Source of the DNA: Candidatus Saccharimonadota bacterium
GTDB lineage: Bacteria > Patescibacteriota > Saccharimonadia > Saccharimonadales > UBA10212
Reading direction: 5' to 3'
Length of the DNA: 64,000 nucleotides
NCBI GenBank assembly: GCA_022841445.1
Contig: JALHRM010000003.1
Coordinates: 343-64,342, forward strand
Positions 29,229 through 37,978 of this stretch are shown one piece after another. The position numbers and the translations under genes are program-made. The notes under the pieces are model-generated. The model was not told the DNA's origin and did no database searches. It saw only the letters and a list, made by a program, of their open reading frames with translations. Numbering within the stretch: the first letter of the stretch is position 1; each line of letters starts with the position of its first letter.

Positions 29229-30044
29229 ATGCCGGCGCCGCTAAGAGAAACATTGCCGAAAGCAGCACTCGCAGCTCGCCCAGATGAACAAAAACCACCA
29301 AAAGAATCTCGCTTTCCTCATCCGCTGATCATTGTTGCCTTAACGGCTGGTGTTTTCATAGCCGCTCAGCTAGTGGCGTATTTCTTTTTGGCACTAATTA
29401 CGTCGGTGGTCGGGAGTGCAGAATCAAGTACAGAAAACCTCTTAGTTGATAATACGCTGGCTCAATTTGTGTATCTGGTAATCGCAAACGGACTTGTGTT
29501 CGGTATGGTTTGGCGGCTTTTGAAGGGCAGAGGGCTTCGTCTCAAAGATATCGGAATGAAGCGACCGAAGAAGAATGTTGCGATGGTAGCGGTACTTGGC
29601 CTAATTTGCTTCTACCTGCTTGCTGGAGTGTTGGGCGGTATTATTTTAAAGCTGCTGCCCGAAATTCCTACCAACCAAGAACAAAATATCGGATTTGAAG
29701 GGGTAACAGGGCTGGCATCACTCAGTCTGGTCTTTGCTAGTCTGGTGATTATAGTCCCACTTGGCGAAGAAATACTTACTCGTGGGTACCTATTTAGTGG
29801 ACTCCGGGCGAGGCTAAATTTTTTCTGGACGCTCTTAATTACCAGCGCTTTGTTTGGTATTGCACATCTGCAAACTGCCAGTGACGGCAATTTGTCATGG
29901 GCATTGGTTATTAATATATTCTTCCTGGCTGTGGTGCTCGGGTACTTGCGGGAAAAGACTGGAACTATCTGGGCGGGTGTGATCCTGCACGGGCTAAACA
30001 ACTGCGTAGCATTTTTGATTCGTTTCTCTGATTCTATCTTTTAA
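29229..30044 (+). CDS. CPBP-family intramembrane metalloprotease (CAAX protease/Abi).
   Basis: Motifs EEILTRGYLF, FGIAHL and ILHGLNN in a polytopic membrane protein. I used the first ATG after the rseP stop; the six-frame ORF opens at 29079. Confidence 0.8.
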   Translation: MPAPLRETLPKAALAARPDEQKPPKESRFPHPLIIVALTAGVFIAAQLVAYFFLALITSVVGSAESSTENLLVDNTLAQFVYLVIANGLVFGMVWRLLKGRGLRLKDIGMKRPKKNVAMVAVLGLICFYLLAGVLGGIILKLLPEIPTNQEQNIGFEGVTGLASLSLVFASLVIIVPLGEEILTRGYLFSGLRARLNFFWTLLITSALFGIAHLQTASDGNLSWALVINIFFLAVVLGYLREKTGTIWAGVILHGLNNCVAFLIRFSDSIF

Positions 30045-30059
30045 GCTATAATATAGCAA

Positions 30060-30863
30060 ATGAGTCAATATGCTGTTGATATAAAAGTCGGCACAACCTT
30101 AATGACTGCACGTGGGGCAGACCATAGCATTTCAGGTGTGATTCCAGGCATTATTGCTGCGCAAGTTCAAGAATTGAGGGAGTGTGGTTTTGATGTTTCG
30201 GTAACGACTTCTGGTGCCGTCGGGCAGGGCATTGACATGTTGTATCCGGGTGCCACCCGACAGCAGATACTGAGCGGTCTTAGTAAGGAGGCGGCGGCAG
30301 TGCGCTTGCGCACTTGTGCATCCGTTGGCCAGGCGGTGCTAATGGGAGTTTGGCGGGCTGCATTTGATGACACGGTTATCAGCCAGCATCTTATTACTAA
30401 CAGAGAGCTTGAAACCGAAGAGGGGTTTGCTTTTGCCGAAACACTGTATGACTGCATGTCACAGGGCATTGTGCCGATAATCAATGAAAACGATGGCATT
30501 TCAGATGATGAAATTCGAGTTGGTGATAATGACACTTTGGCGGCTAGGGCAGCGGCTGCTGTGCACCGATTAGGAAGACATGCATCGACTTCATTGGTGC
30601 TTCTCACTGACGTGGAGGGCTTTTTTGGTCAGCATGGCCGACTTGAGACACGTAGAGCCGTGCGTGATATACCACAGCTTCGAAAGTATGTTTCTGAAAA
30701 AGGGTCTACATATGGCACAGGCGGTATGGGTACGAAGTTGGACGCAGCCGAAATTGCTGGCGCGGCCGGAATCGACACATTTATTGCCCAAGGCAACAGA
30801 CCAAATAATATTCTTCGCGCACTTCGTGGTTATGCCGGCACGCATTTCTTTGTAGGTACTTGA
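30060..30863 (+). CDS. Amino-acid-kinase-family protein, glutamate-5-kinase (ProB)-like, with no PUA domain.
   Basis: N-terminal IKVGTTLMT and C-terminal GTGGMGTKLDAAEIAGAAGIDTFIAQG resemble ProB rather than PyrH or ArgB. Confidence 0.6.
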   Translation: MSQYAVDIKVGTTLMTARGADHSISGVIPGIIAAQVQELRECGFDVSVTTSGAVGQGIDMLYPGATRQQILSGLSKEAAAVRLRTCASVGQAVLMGVWRAAFDDTVISQHLITNRELETEEGFAFAETLYDCMSQGIVPIINENDGISDDEIRVGDNDTLAARAAAAVHRLGRHASTSLVLLTDVEGFFGQHGRLETRRAVRDIPQLRKYVSEKGSTYGTGGMGTKLDAAEIAGAAGIDTFIAQGNRPNNILRALRGYAGTHFFVGT

Positions 30864-30908
30864 TTGGCGTAGCTGGTATTATTGATTGTTAAGAGGATAC
30901 TTTTCACT

Positions 30909-32612
30909 ATGCGTGTTTCAAAACTTTTTGGTAAAACCAGTAAAACGGAAGGCGTCGACTATCAGATCGATTCGCATCGCTTGCTAACACAGGCTGGATA
31001 TATCCGCGAATCTGCCGCTGGTCGGTACTATTTGTTACCACTTGGTCTGCGAGTTCATGACAAAATTATTGCGATTATACGGACTCACATGGATAAAGCT
31101 GGTGCCCAGGAACTGCTCATGCCTACCTTGCACCCGCTTGAGCTATGGCAAGAAACAAACCGAACATCGACAACCGGATTTGAATTAATGAAAATTACTG
31201 ATCGTCGTGGTGGCGAGTTTGCGCTGGGCGGTACAGCCGAAGAAATGGCGGTTGACTTAGTCCGTAAGTTCAACATCAGTTACAAAGACTTGCCATTTAA
31301 CATCTACCAGTTTTCGATGAAATTCCGTGACGAGATGCGCGCCCGTGGGGGTTTGCTTCGCGTAAGAGAATTCATCATGAAGGACGGCTACAGCTTTGGC
31401 ACCGAAGAGCAGTTCAAGCAAATCTACCAGCAAATGTGGGATGCTTATCTTGCCATTTATAAAGATCTTGGGCTTGATGTTGATGTTGTGGCAGCTGACA
31501 ATGGCTATATAGGTGGAGAATATTGCCACGAGTTTGTGGCACCAAGTGACATTGGTGAAAGTCGTTATTTTGTTGATGCTAGGTCGGGTGAGGCTGCGCA
31601 CGAAGATGTTGCTAAAGTTATCGCCGATGATAAGAATTCTAGTGACAATATGCTTGAGCTTAAAGAAGTGCCAGCCGAGCGTGGCACAACCATGGAAGAC
31701 GGCGCAAAATTGCACGGTTTGCCAATGTGGCAACAAATTAAAGACGTTTTATATTTTGACGAAGCAAGTAAGCGTTATGTGCTGGCTGTCATCCGCGGCG
31801 ACTTTGATGTTAACGAAACAAAACTTACTCATGCCGCGGACGCCTGGGATCTGCGACCGGCAACCGAGCAGGAAATACGCGACGATTTAGGCAGCGAGCC
31901 TGGCTTTATCTCGCCAGTCGGTATTGCTAAAAAGGGTGCCAAAACTGGGTACCCACTCATCATAGTATCGGACGCGAGCCTTCGAACTATCAAGAATGCC
32001 TATGGCGGAGCAAATAAGAAATGCACTGATCTGCTCAATGTAAATATTGACCGTGACTACCAGCCGGACATCGAAGCTGACATTGCTATGGCAACCGGTA
32101 ATGATCAATTCGTCGAAAAGCGCGGCATCGAAGTTGGTAACATCTTCCAGCTTGGTTACCACTACAGTAACTTGATGCATGATGCCGAGTATACTGATCA
32201 AACCGGTAAACGTGAAAAGTACTACATGGGGTGTTACGGCATTGGCGTAGGCAGGACATTAGCAGCAATTATTGAAGCACATCATGATGACAAAGGAATC
32301 ATTTGGCCAAGCAATATTGCACCGTATCGCGTTTATCTGGCGCGTTTGTCATCGGATGAGGCGGTAGTCCAAAGGGCTGATGAGTTGTACGATAAGTTGA
32401 CGCAGGCCGGTATTGAAGTGTTGTATGATGACCGCGAAGGAGTACGGGCGGGCGAAATGTTTGCTGATGCAGACCTGATCGGTCTGCCGTGGCGGTTAAT
32501 TATTTCTCAGCGCACCATTGACGATAACAGGTACGAACTAAAAGCACGCACAGAAGCACAAGCTCAATCCCTAGATGAATCCGAACTTATGCAAACGCTA
32601 GCTGCGAAATAA
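30909..32612 (+). CDS. proS: Prolyl-tRNA synthetase (bacterial type).
   Basis: MRVSKLFGKTSKTE...YQFSMKFRDEMRARGGLLRVREF carries class II aaRS motifs. I used ATG 30909; the ORF opens at 30882. Confidence 0.92.
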   Translation: MRVSKLFGKTSKTEGVDYQIDSHRLLTQAGYIRESAAGRYYLLPLGLRVHDKIIAIIRTHMDKAGAQELLMPTLHPLELWQETNRTSTTGFELMKITDRRGGEFALGGTAEEMAVDLVRKFNISYKDLPFNIYQFSMKFRDEMRARGGLLRVREFIMKDGYSFGTEEQFKQIYQQMWDAYLAIYKDLGLDVDVVAADNGYIGGEYCHEFVAPSDIGESRYFVDARSGEAAHEDVAKVIADDKNSSDNMLELKEVPAERGTTMEDGAKLHGLPMWQQIKDVLYFDEASKRYVLAVIRGDFDVNETKLTHAADAWDLRPATEQEIRDDLGSEPGFISPVGIAKKGAKTGYPLIIVSDASLRTIKNAYGGANKKCTDLLNVNIDRDYQPDIEADIAMATGNDQFVEKRGIEVGNIFQLGYHYSNLMHDAEYTDQTGKREKYYMGCYGIGVGRTLAAIIEAHHDDKGIIWPSNIAPYRVYLARLSSDEAVVQRADELYDKLTQAGIEVLYDDREGVRAGEMFADADLIGLPWRLIISQRTIDDNRYELKARTEAQAQSLDESELMQTLAAK

Positions 32613-32718
32613 ACTATTGGTGCAGCTGGCCTGATTTTGGTACAATCTTCTGGTAACAGCACCCAGTGCTCTATTTACCAGTAGTACGCGGTGGAGTTAA
32701 TAAAGAGAGGACCGACCA

Positions 32719-33183
32719 ATGAAAAAACTATTTCGACTGACGCAGGCCGGTATTGACGAATTAAAACAAGAATTAGAACTACTCGTGTCGCAGCGTGCAC
32801 CGCTCGCTGAAGCGATTAAATCTGCTCGTGAACTAGGTGATTTATCCGAGAACGCCGAATACCAGACGGCTCGTGACGAGCAGGGCCGCGCCGAAGCGCG
32901 TATCGGCGAGATTGAGCACATTTTGCAAAATGTTGATGTTATCAAAAAGCCCAAAGGTGATAGCAAAGTTCAGCTTGGCTCGGTAGTAAAATTGAAGAGC
33001 GAAGAGGGTGGCGAAACAAAGCAGTTTCAGGTAGTTGGCACAGTTGAGGCAAATCCGCTGGAAGGTAAGATCAGCGACGAATCTCCAATCGGAAAGGCGC
33101 TTATCGGCCAAAAAGAGGGTGATGTCGTTGAAATTCAAACACCAGCTAAAGTCGGCAAATATAAAATCGTCGATATTGGTTAG
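32719..33183 (+). CDS. greA: Transcription elongation factor GreA.
   Basis: Coiled-coil N-terminal domain (LTQAGIDELKQELELL...DLSENAEYQTARDEQ) and a C-terminal FKBP-like domain. Confidence 0.9.
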   Translation: MKKLFRLTQAGIDELKQELELLVSQRAPLAEAIKSARELGDLSENAEYQTARDEQGRAEARIGEIEHILQNVDVIKKPKGDSKVQLGSVVKLKSEEGGETKQFQVVGTVEANPLEGKISDESPIGKALIGQKEGDVVEIQTPAKVGKYKIVDIG

Positions 33184-33232
33184 TCGTAACACTGGCAAAA
33201 CACCTTAAAATCAGCTAAGCTGGTCTGTAAGT

Positions 33233-34762
33233 ATGCAGTGGCTAAACAAAGTTATTGACCAGCTTGTTGCTCGTGGTATTGAACGGGAAATTATTATAGA
33301 ATCGGGAATTTCTCCGTCTGGTTCGTATCATATGGGTTACCTGCGCGAAATTCTGATATGTGACGCTATTTTACTTGCCTTGCGTGCTCGCGGTCATAAA
33401 GCCCGACATATTCATTTTGTAGATGACCAAGATGGATTCCGTAAAGTGCCCTCTAATTTACCTGCTGAATATGAAAAATACCTTGGTATGCCGCTTTGTG
33501 ATATGCCTGCACCCGATGGGTCTGATCAGAGTTATGCCGATTACGCACTGATTGACTTTTTAAGCAGTGTAAAAAAATTAGGTGTAGATTTTGAGCCGAT
33601 CCGCAGCCATGAACAGTACAGAGCCGGATTTTTTGTGCCGGCAATCGAACAAGTTCTCGAAAATATCGATGCCGTAAAGAAAGTCTTAGAAGATATCGCC
33701 GGCCGGAAGCTTAAAGACGACTGGTCGCCGATTCAAGTCAATGAAGACGGCTATTTGAAAAAACGGCCGTTTGTCGGCATTAATCTTGACACAAAAACAG
33801 TACAATATCGGGACAAAGACGGCGCTGAACAGACGATTAGTTACAGCAGCGGCGACGTAAAACTGGATTGGCGACTGGACTGGCCGGCCCGCTGGTGGCT
33901 TATGAAGGTTGACGTTGAACCATTTGGCCGTGACCATGGCACCAAGGGCGGATCATATGACACAGGGCGCGGACTTTTAAAATCGGTGTTTCATTCAGAC
34001 GCTCCTACACCAGTGCCTTATGACTTTATTAATAGGGCTGGCGATACTAAAAAAATGAGTGCCAGCAAGGGGAACGGGATTTTAATGTCCGAAGTCGTTT
34101 CGGTGTTGCCTGTCGAGGTGGTGCGGTATTTCGTATTACGGTCTGAGCCTGGCAAAGCGCTCTTTTTCGATCCGATTGACGGGGTGATACGACTTGTTGA
34201 CGAATATGCGGAGCTACTTGCTAAACCTGATAAGTCAGCAGGCGAAGAATTATTGATACAGCTCAGTACTAACGGACTGGAGTCGATTGTTAGCAGTGTG
34301 CCGTTTTCGCACTTGGTCACAAGTTATCAGGCTTCCTTAAAAGACCCAGCGGCAACGCTTGATGTCATCAAACGTAGTGAATACGGGGGCATCGTTGACG
34401 ACCAGTCCGATATTATCAAGAAAGAGCTAGCCTACATTGATCAGTGGTTAGAGAAGTGGGCGCCAGAGGACGTAAAATTTAGTCTTCAAGAAACTGTTGA
34501 TTCATCAAAATTTAACGACACCCAGAAAAATTTTATGTTGATGTTAGCAGAAAAAATATCTCAAGCCCCAGAAAACGCCGACGGTACTTGGTTCCATCAA
34601 GCAATATATGAGCTAAAAGATGAAACTGATCTTGCTCCAAAAGAGCTATTTACTACACTCTATCAAGCCATTATTGGCAAAGACTCTGGGCCGAGAGCCG
34701 GTTGGTTCCTTAGCCTGCTGCCACGGGACTGGCTAGTTAGTAGGCTGCGCTTAGAGTCGTGA
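33233..34762 (+). CDS. lysS: Class I lysyl-tRNA synthetase (archaeal-type LysRS-1).
   Basis: HIGH-type motif PSGSYHMGY and the KMSKS variant KMSASKG are present. The length and architecture fit LysRS class I. Confidence 0.85.
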   Translation: MQWLNKVIDQLVARGIEREIIIESGISPSGSYHMGYLREILICDAILLALRARGHKARHIHFVDDQDGFRKVPSNLPAEYEKYLGMPLCDMPAPDGSDQSYADYALIDFLSSVKKLGVDFEPIRSHEQYRAGFFVPAIEQVLENIDAVKKVLEDIAGRKLKDDWSPIQVNEDGYLKKRPFVGINLDTKTVQYRDKDGAEQTISYSSGDVKLDWRLDWPARWWLMKVDVEPFGRDHGTKGGSYDTGRGLLKSVFHSDAPTPVPYDFINRAGDTKKMSASKGNGILMSEVVSVLPVEVVRYFVLRSEPGKALFFDPIDGVIRLVDEYAELLAKPDKSAGEELLIQLSTNGLESIVSSVPFSHLVTSYQASLKDPAATLDVIKRSEYGGIVDDQSDIIKKELAYIDQWLEKWAPEDVKFSLQETVDSSKFNDTQKNFMLMLAEKISQAPENADGTWFHQAIYELKDETDLAPKELFTTLYQAIIGKDSGPRAGWFLSLLPRDWLVSRLRLES

Positions 34763-35784
34763 GTAGCGCCCCGAATCTCCCAACGGGGGCGGGCATGAAT
34801 TTTTATCCATTTGCTTTGGAAAGAAACCCTGGAGCTGTACGTCAAATGGCGCGGCGAGCTACTATCTGCGGGGCAATTGCTCTATACGGAATTCTGAATT
34901 TAGGAATTGATCTGAATAAGGGTGAATTATCAAGATTCAGTTCTGGTGGTACGACATCCTTGGTTGAAGACAATGAACTGGTGTTGGTAAACGAAAATAC
35001 CGCACGACGACTTACATTTGCCGACAATGTAGGATTGATGCTTCGACACAACGCCGATATTGGTACGCTTCAGGAAGTGAGCCGGGATCATGCGCCTTTG
35101 TTTGTACAGCAGGTACCGGCTGCGACGGCAACATTTGCGAGAGCGGATATTTTCACGAGTCCGACAGATGGCGGACTCGGAGTAATGGCTATCGCTCGCG
35201 TACCGGAGGTACGAAGCTATATGCATCAGCTCGAAGGAGACATACGCGTGGAAGATGTATGGAAAGCCCTCAAATCTTTTAGTATAGAAGAATTTAAGGC
35301 AATTTATCAGGAGCGCCGGGCGGTGTTGGTTGGACTATACGAAGTAAATATCAGCGGCAAAAAGGTTCCGACACGCGTCATGGTTGTTCATAACGCTGGC
35401 TATGGCCGGGCTGCGCGAGCGCAAAGGGGTGCAATTACAAAAATTGTTGATGAAGAATTTGGCAAACGCGACGAACTGCGTATCATCGCAGGTGACTTTA
35501 ATGAACTACCTGACGAAGTACGGCAAATAATAGGAAGTGATTTTGTGGTAGCCGATATTGGCAGTACGTCGGTGGGGCGCAACCAGCAAATCGATCATTT
35601 TGCGTATAGTCCATATGTAGTGATTGACGGCATCAAATACCGAGTTATTGTATCAACCAAAGTTATAACAGACGTTCATAGCGACCATTACCCTTACGTT
35701 GCACGAGTAAGACTTAAGCCTGCGTTGCCATTTGAGCAAGAAGTCGGGGTGATAGTTGCTGCTGCTCAAAAATTCGGCAAATAA
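34759..35784 (+). CDS. Endonuclease/exonuclease/phosphatase (EEP) family protein.
   Basis: GDFNELP and a C-terminal IDHF/...SDHYP motif are typical of EEP hydrolases. The start overlaps the lysS stop (GTG 34759); ATG 34795 is an alternative. Confidence 0.55.
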   Translation: MSSAPNLPTGAGMNFYPFALERNPGAVRQMARRATICGAIALYGILNLGIDLNKGELSRFSSGGTTSLVEDNELVLVNENTARRLTFADNVGLMLRHNADIGTLQEVSRDHAPLFVQQVPAATATFARADIFTSPTDGGLGVMAIARVPEVRSYMHQLEGDIRVEDVWKALKSFSIEEFKAIYQERRAVLVGLYEVNISGKKVPTRVMVVHNAGYGRAARAQRGAITKIVDEEFGKRDELRIIAGDFNELPDEVRQIIGSDFVVADIGSTSVGRNQQIDHFAYSPYVVIDGIKYRVIVSTKVITDVHSDHYPYVARVRLKPALPFEQEVGVIVAAAQKFGK

Positions 35785-35889
35785 ACAACCACGGGTAAAC
35801 CCGTGGTACTCTGGCCTTCGGCAAATTATAGAAACAGCAATAGGCACACATAAATAAGCTATACTACAATTACTAGGGAGTAACCGTTT

Positions 35890-36600
35890 ATGATCGAGGT
35901 AAAAAACATCACTAAGACTTACGGCAAAAAGGACAATGTCTTTACAGCTCTTTCGGAGGTCAGCTTTTCGGCGCCGGAAGGCAGTAGTGTTGCTATTATT
36001 GGTAAGTCAGGGAGTGGCAAGAGTACGCTTATGCACATTATGAGTGGACTTGATAAGGCGGATAGCGGAGAAGTATTAATGGGTGGTCATGACATCCAAA
36101 AACTAAAGCGAAAACAAGCTGACAATTTTCGGGCAAACGAAATGAGTTTTATCTTTCAGTCGTTCTTTGTGGAAGGTAATCAAACGGTGTATCAGAATGT
36201 TGCCTTGCCGCTCGAAATTGCTGGCGTAGCGCCCAGGCGTCGGAAGCAACTTATTGAGACTGCCCTAAAAAACGTTGAACTCATTGATAAGATAAACAGC
36301 AAAGCCAAAAACCTTTCCGGCGGTCAGAAACAGCGTCTGGCGATAGCCCGGGCTATTGTCAATAATCCAAAGTATATTTTCGCCGACGAGCCGACAGGTA
36401 ATCTGGACAGTGTCACTGGAGCGCGTATCGTGGAACTACTGTTTAGTATAAAGGACAGTATTGGGAGCACCTTGTTTATTGTTACGCATGATCACGAATT
36501 GGCCGAAAAATGTGACCAGCAGGTTCGAATGAGTGATGGCCGCGCGATTGATATTCATCAGAAGCCAGCTCAGCGACCTGTACGAAAGGTGATGCTTTAA
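35890..36600 (+). CDS. ABC transporter ATP-binding protein (MacB/LolD/FtsE-like).
   Basis: Walker A GKSGSGKST, signature LSGGQKQRLAIARA and Walker B IFADEPTGNLD. Confidence 0.92.
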   Translation: MIEVKNITKTYGKKDNVFTALSEVSFSAPEGSSVAIIGKSGSGKSTLMHIMSGLDKADSGEVLMGGHDIQKLKRKQADNFRANEMSFIFQSFFVEGNQTVYQNVALPLEIAGVAPRRRKQLIETALKNVELIDKINSKAKNLSGGQKQRLAIARAIVNNPKYIFADEPTGNLDSVTGARIVELLFSIKDSIGSTLFIVTHDHELAEKCDQQVRMSDGRAIDIHQKPAQRPVRKVML

Positions 36601-37977
36601 ATGCGTATTATAGATATTATCAGGCGTAGCGGGCGGAATTTAAAATCTTCCAAAACTCGAACTATCTTGACTGCGTTGGCAATTGCCGTAGGAGCATTTA
36701 CGCTGGCACTAACGCTTGCGGCTAGTAACGGGATTCGTAGCTACACCGATGAGCTGATTTCGAGCAGCTTTGATCCGGCCGAACTAATTGTCGGTCGCGA
36801 TAAGGAAATATCGAATACTGGTGCCCCATCTGATAAGCCTCAAGAATATGATGAATCGGTCGCTTCTATATCATTTGGTGGTCCGGGTACGAGCTTGCAG
36901 GTAAAGCGGGTGAGTCTGGCTGACATCGAAGCCATGAGAAAGCTCCCCTATGTCGAACAAGTTCGAGAAAATTTTCAAATCAATATTCGCTACATTACTT
37001 CATCAGCAAATGATAAGAAATACACTGGCAGCGCTGATGTTTATAATTCTGCCCAAAAGCCAGAAATTTCTGCCGGAATGCTACCGAGTAGTGGTGATAT
37101 TAAAAAAGGTACGCTACTACTGCCGGAAACATACTTGTCTGCTCTGGGGTTTGGTTCGGCCCAGGATGCGATTGGTAAGCAAGTTCGCTTGAGCGTGCAA
37201 AAGCCATTTTCGGCCGAAAGTATCCAGCAGCTGTTAGTAAGCGCTGCGACAGGAAGCGCACCGCAAGACCAAGCGCAGGAACTGCAAAAAGTCTTTAGCT
37301 ACACAATTGGTGGTGTTACTAAAAAAGCCGCAACCGATTTTGGAACAGGCATTATGCCGCTCAGCCTTAGCCTAGGCGATGCCAGGGAACTTTATGACTA
37401 CACTGTTCAGGGAACGGCTGATTACGAAAAATTTTTGTATGTTTTTGCGCGCATAAAAAACGGTGATAATAAGCAAAATATCGCCGACGCTAAAGCCGAT
37501 TTAGTACAAAAGGGCTACTTTGTACAAAGCACTGAAGACTTGCAAAAAGCTGTCGGACAATTCGTCGACATCCTAACAATTATGATTGGTGTTTTTGGCC
37601 TGATCACGGTTATCGCTTCGGTGTTTGGAATCGTTAATACTCAGTACATTAGTGTTCTAGAACGGACTCGCGAAATTGGACTTATGAAAGCTCTTGGCAT
37701 GTCGCGCTCCGGTGTGAGCCGGTTATTTATGTTAGAAGCAACCTGGATCGGATTTATGGGGGCGGTGCTGGGGGTTTTGGGAGCGTACGGGCTCAGCGTG
37801 CTGCTCAATCCAGTGATTACGAAGCAGATAAATCTTGACGATAACTTGTTAGTGTTCCAGCCTGTGCAAATTGCCATACTTATATTGGCGTTGATGTTGG
37901 TCGCGACTGTGGCTGGATTATTACCGGCCAGAAAAGCTGCCAAGCTTGACCCTATCGAAGCGCTACGGAGTGAGTAA
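36601..37977 (+). CDS. ABC transporter permease of the FtsX/MacB type with a large extracytoplasmic domain.
   Basis: N-terminal TM, a ~260-aa periplasmic domain, and a C-terminal FtsX 3-TM bundle (GLMKALGMSRSGVSRLF). The start abuts the ATPase stop. Confidence 0.88.
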   Translation: MRIIDIIRRSGRNLKSSKTRTILTALAIAVGAFTLALTLAASNGIRSYTDELISSSFDPAELIVGRDKEISNTGAPSDKPQEYDESVASISFGGPGTSLQVKRVSLADIEAMRKLPYVEQVRENFQINIRYITSSANDKKYTGSADVYNSAQKPEISAGMLPSSGDIKKGTLLLPETYLSALGFGSAQDAIGKQVRLSVQKPFSAESIQQLLVSAATGSAPQDQAQELQKVFSYTIGGVTKKAATDFGTGIMPLSLSLGDARELYDYTVQGTADYEKFLYVFARIKNGDNKQNIADAKADLVQKGYFVQSTEDLQKAVGQFVDILTIMIGVFGLITVIASVFGIVNTQYISVLERTREIGLMKALGMSRSGVSRLFMLEATWIGFMGAVLGVLGAYGLSVLLNPVITKQINLDDNLLVFQPVQIAILILALMLVATVAGLLPARKAAKLDPIEALRSE

Positions 37978-37978
37978 A

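Noticed and set aside
30882-34762. T-box leaders upstream of proS, lysS and serS.
   Set aside because: I looked for the conserved T-box sequence (AANNNGGGTGGNACCGCG) in the 5' leaders and did not find it. This is a by-eye search only.
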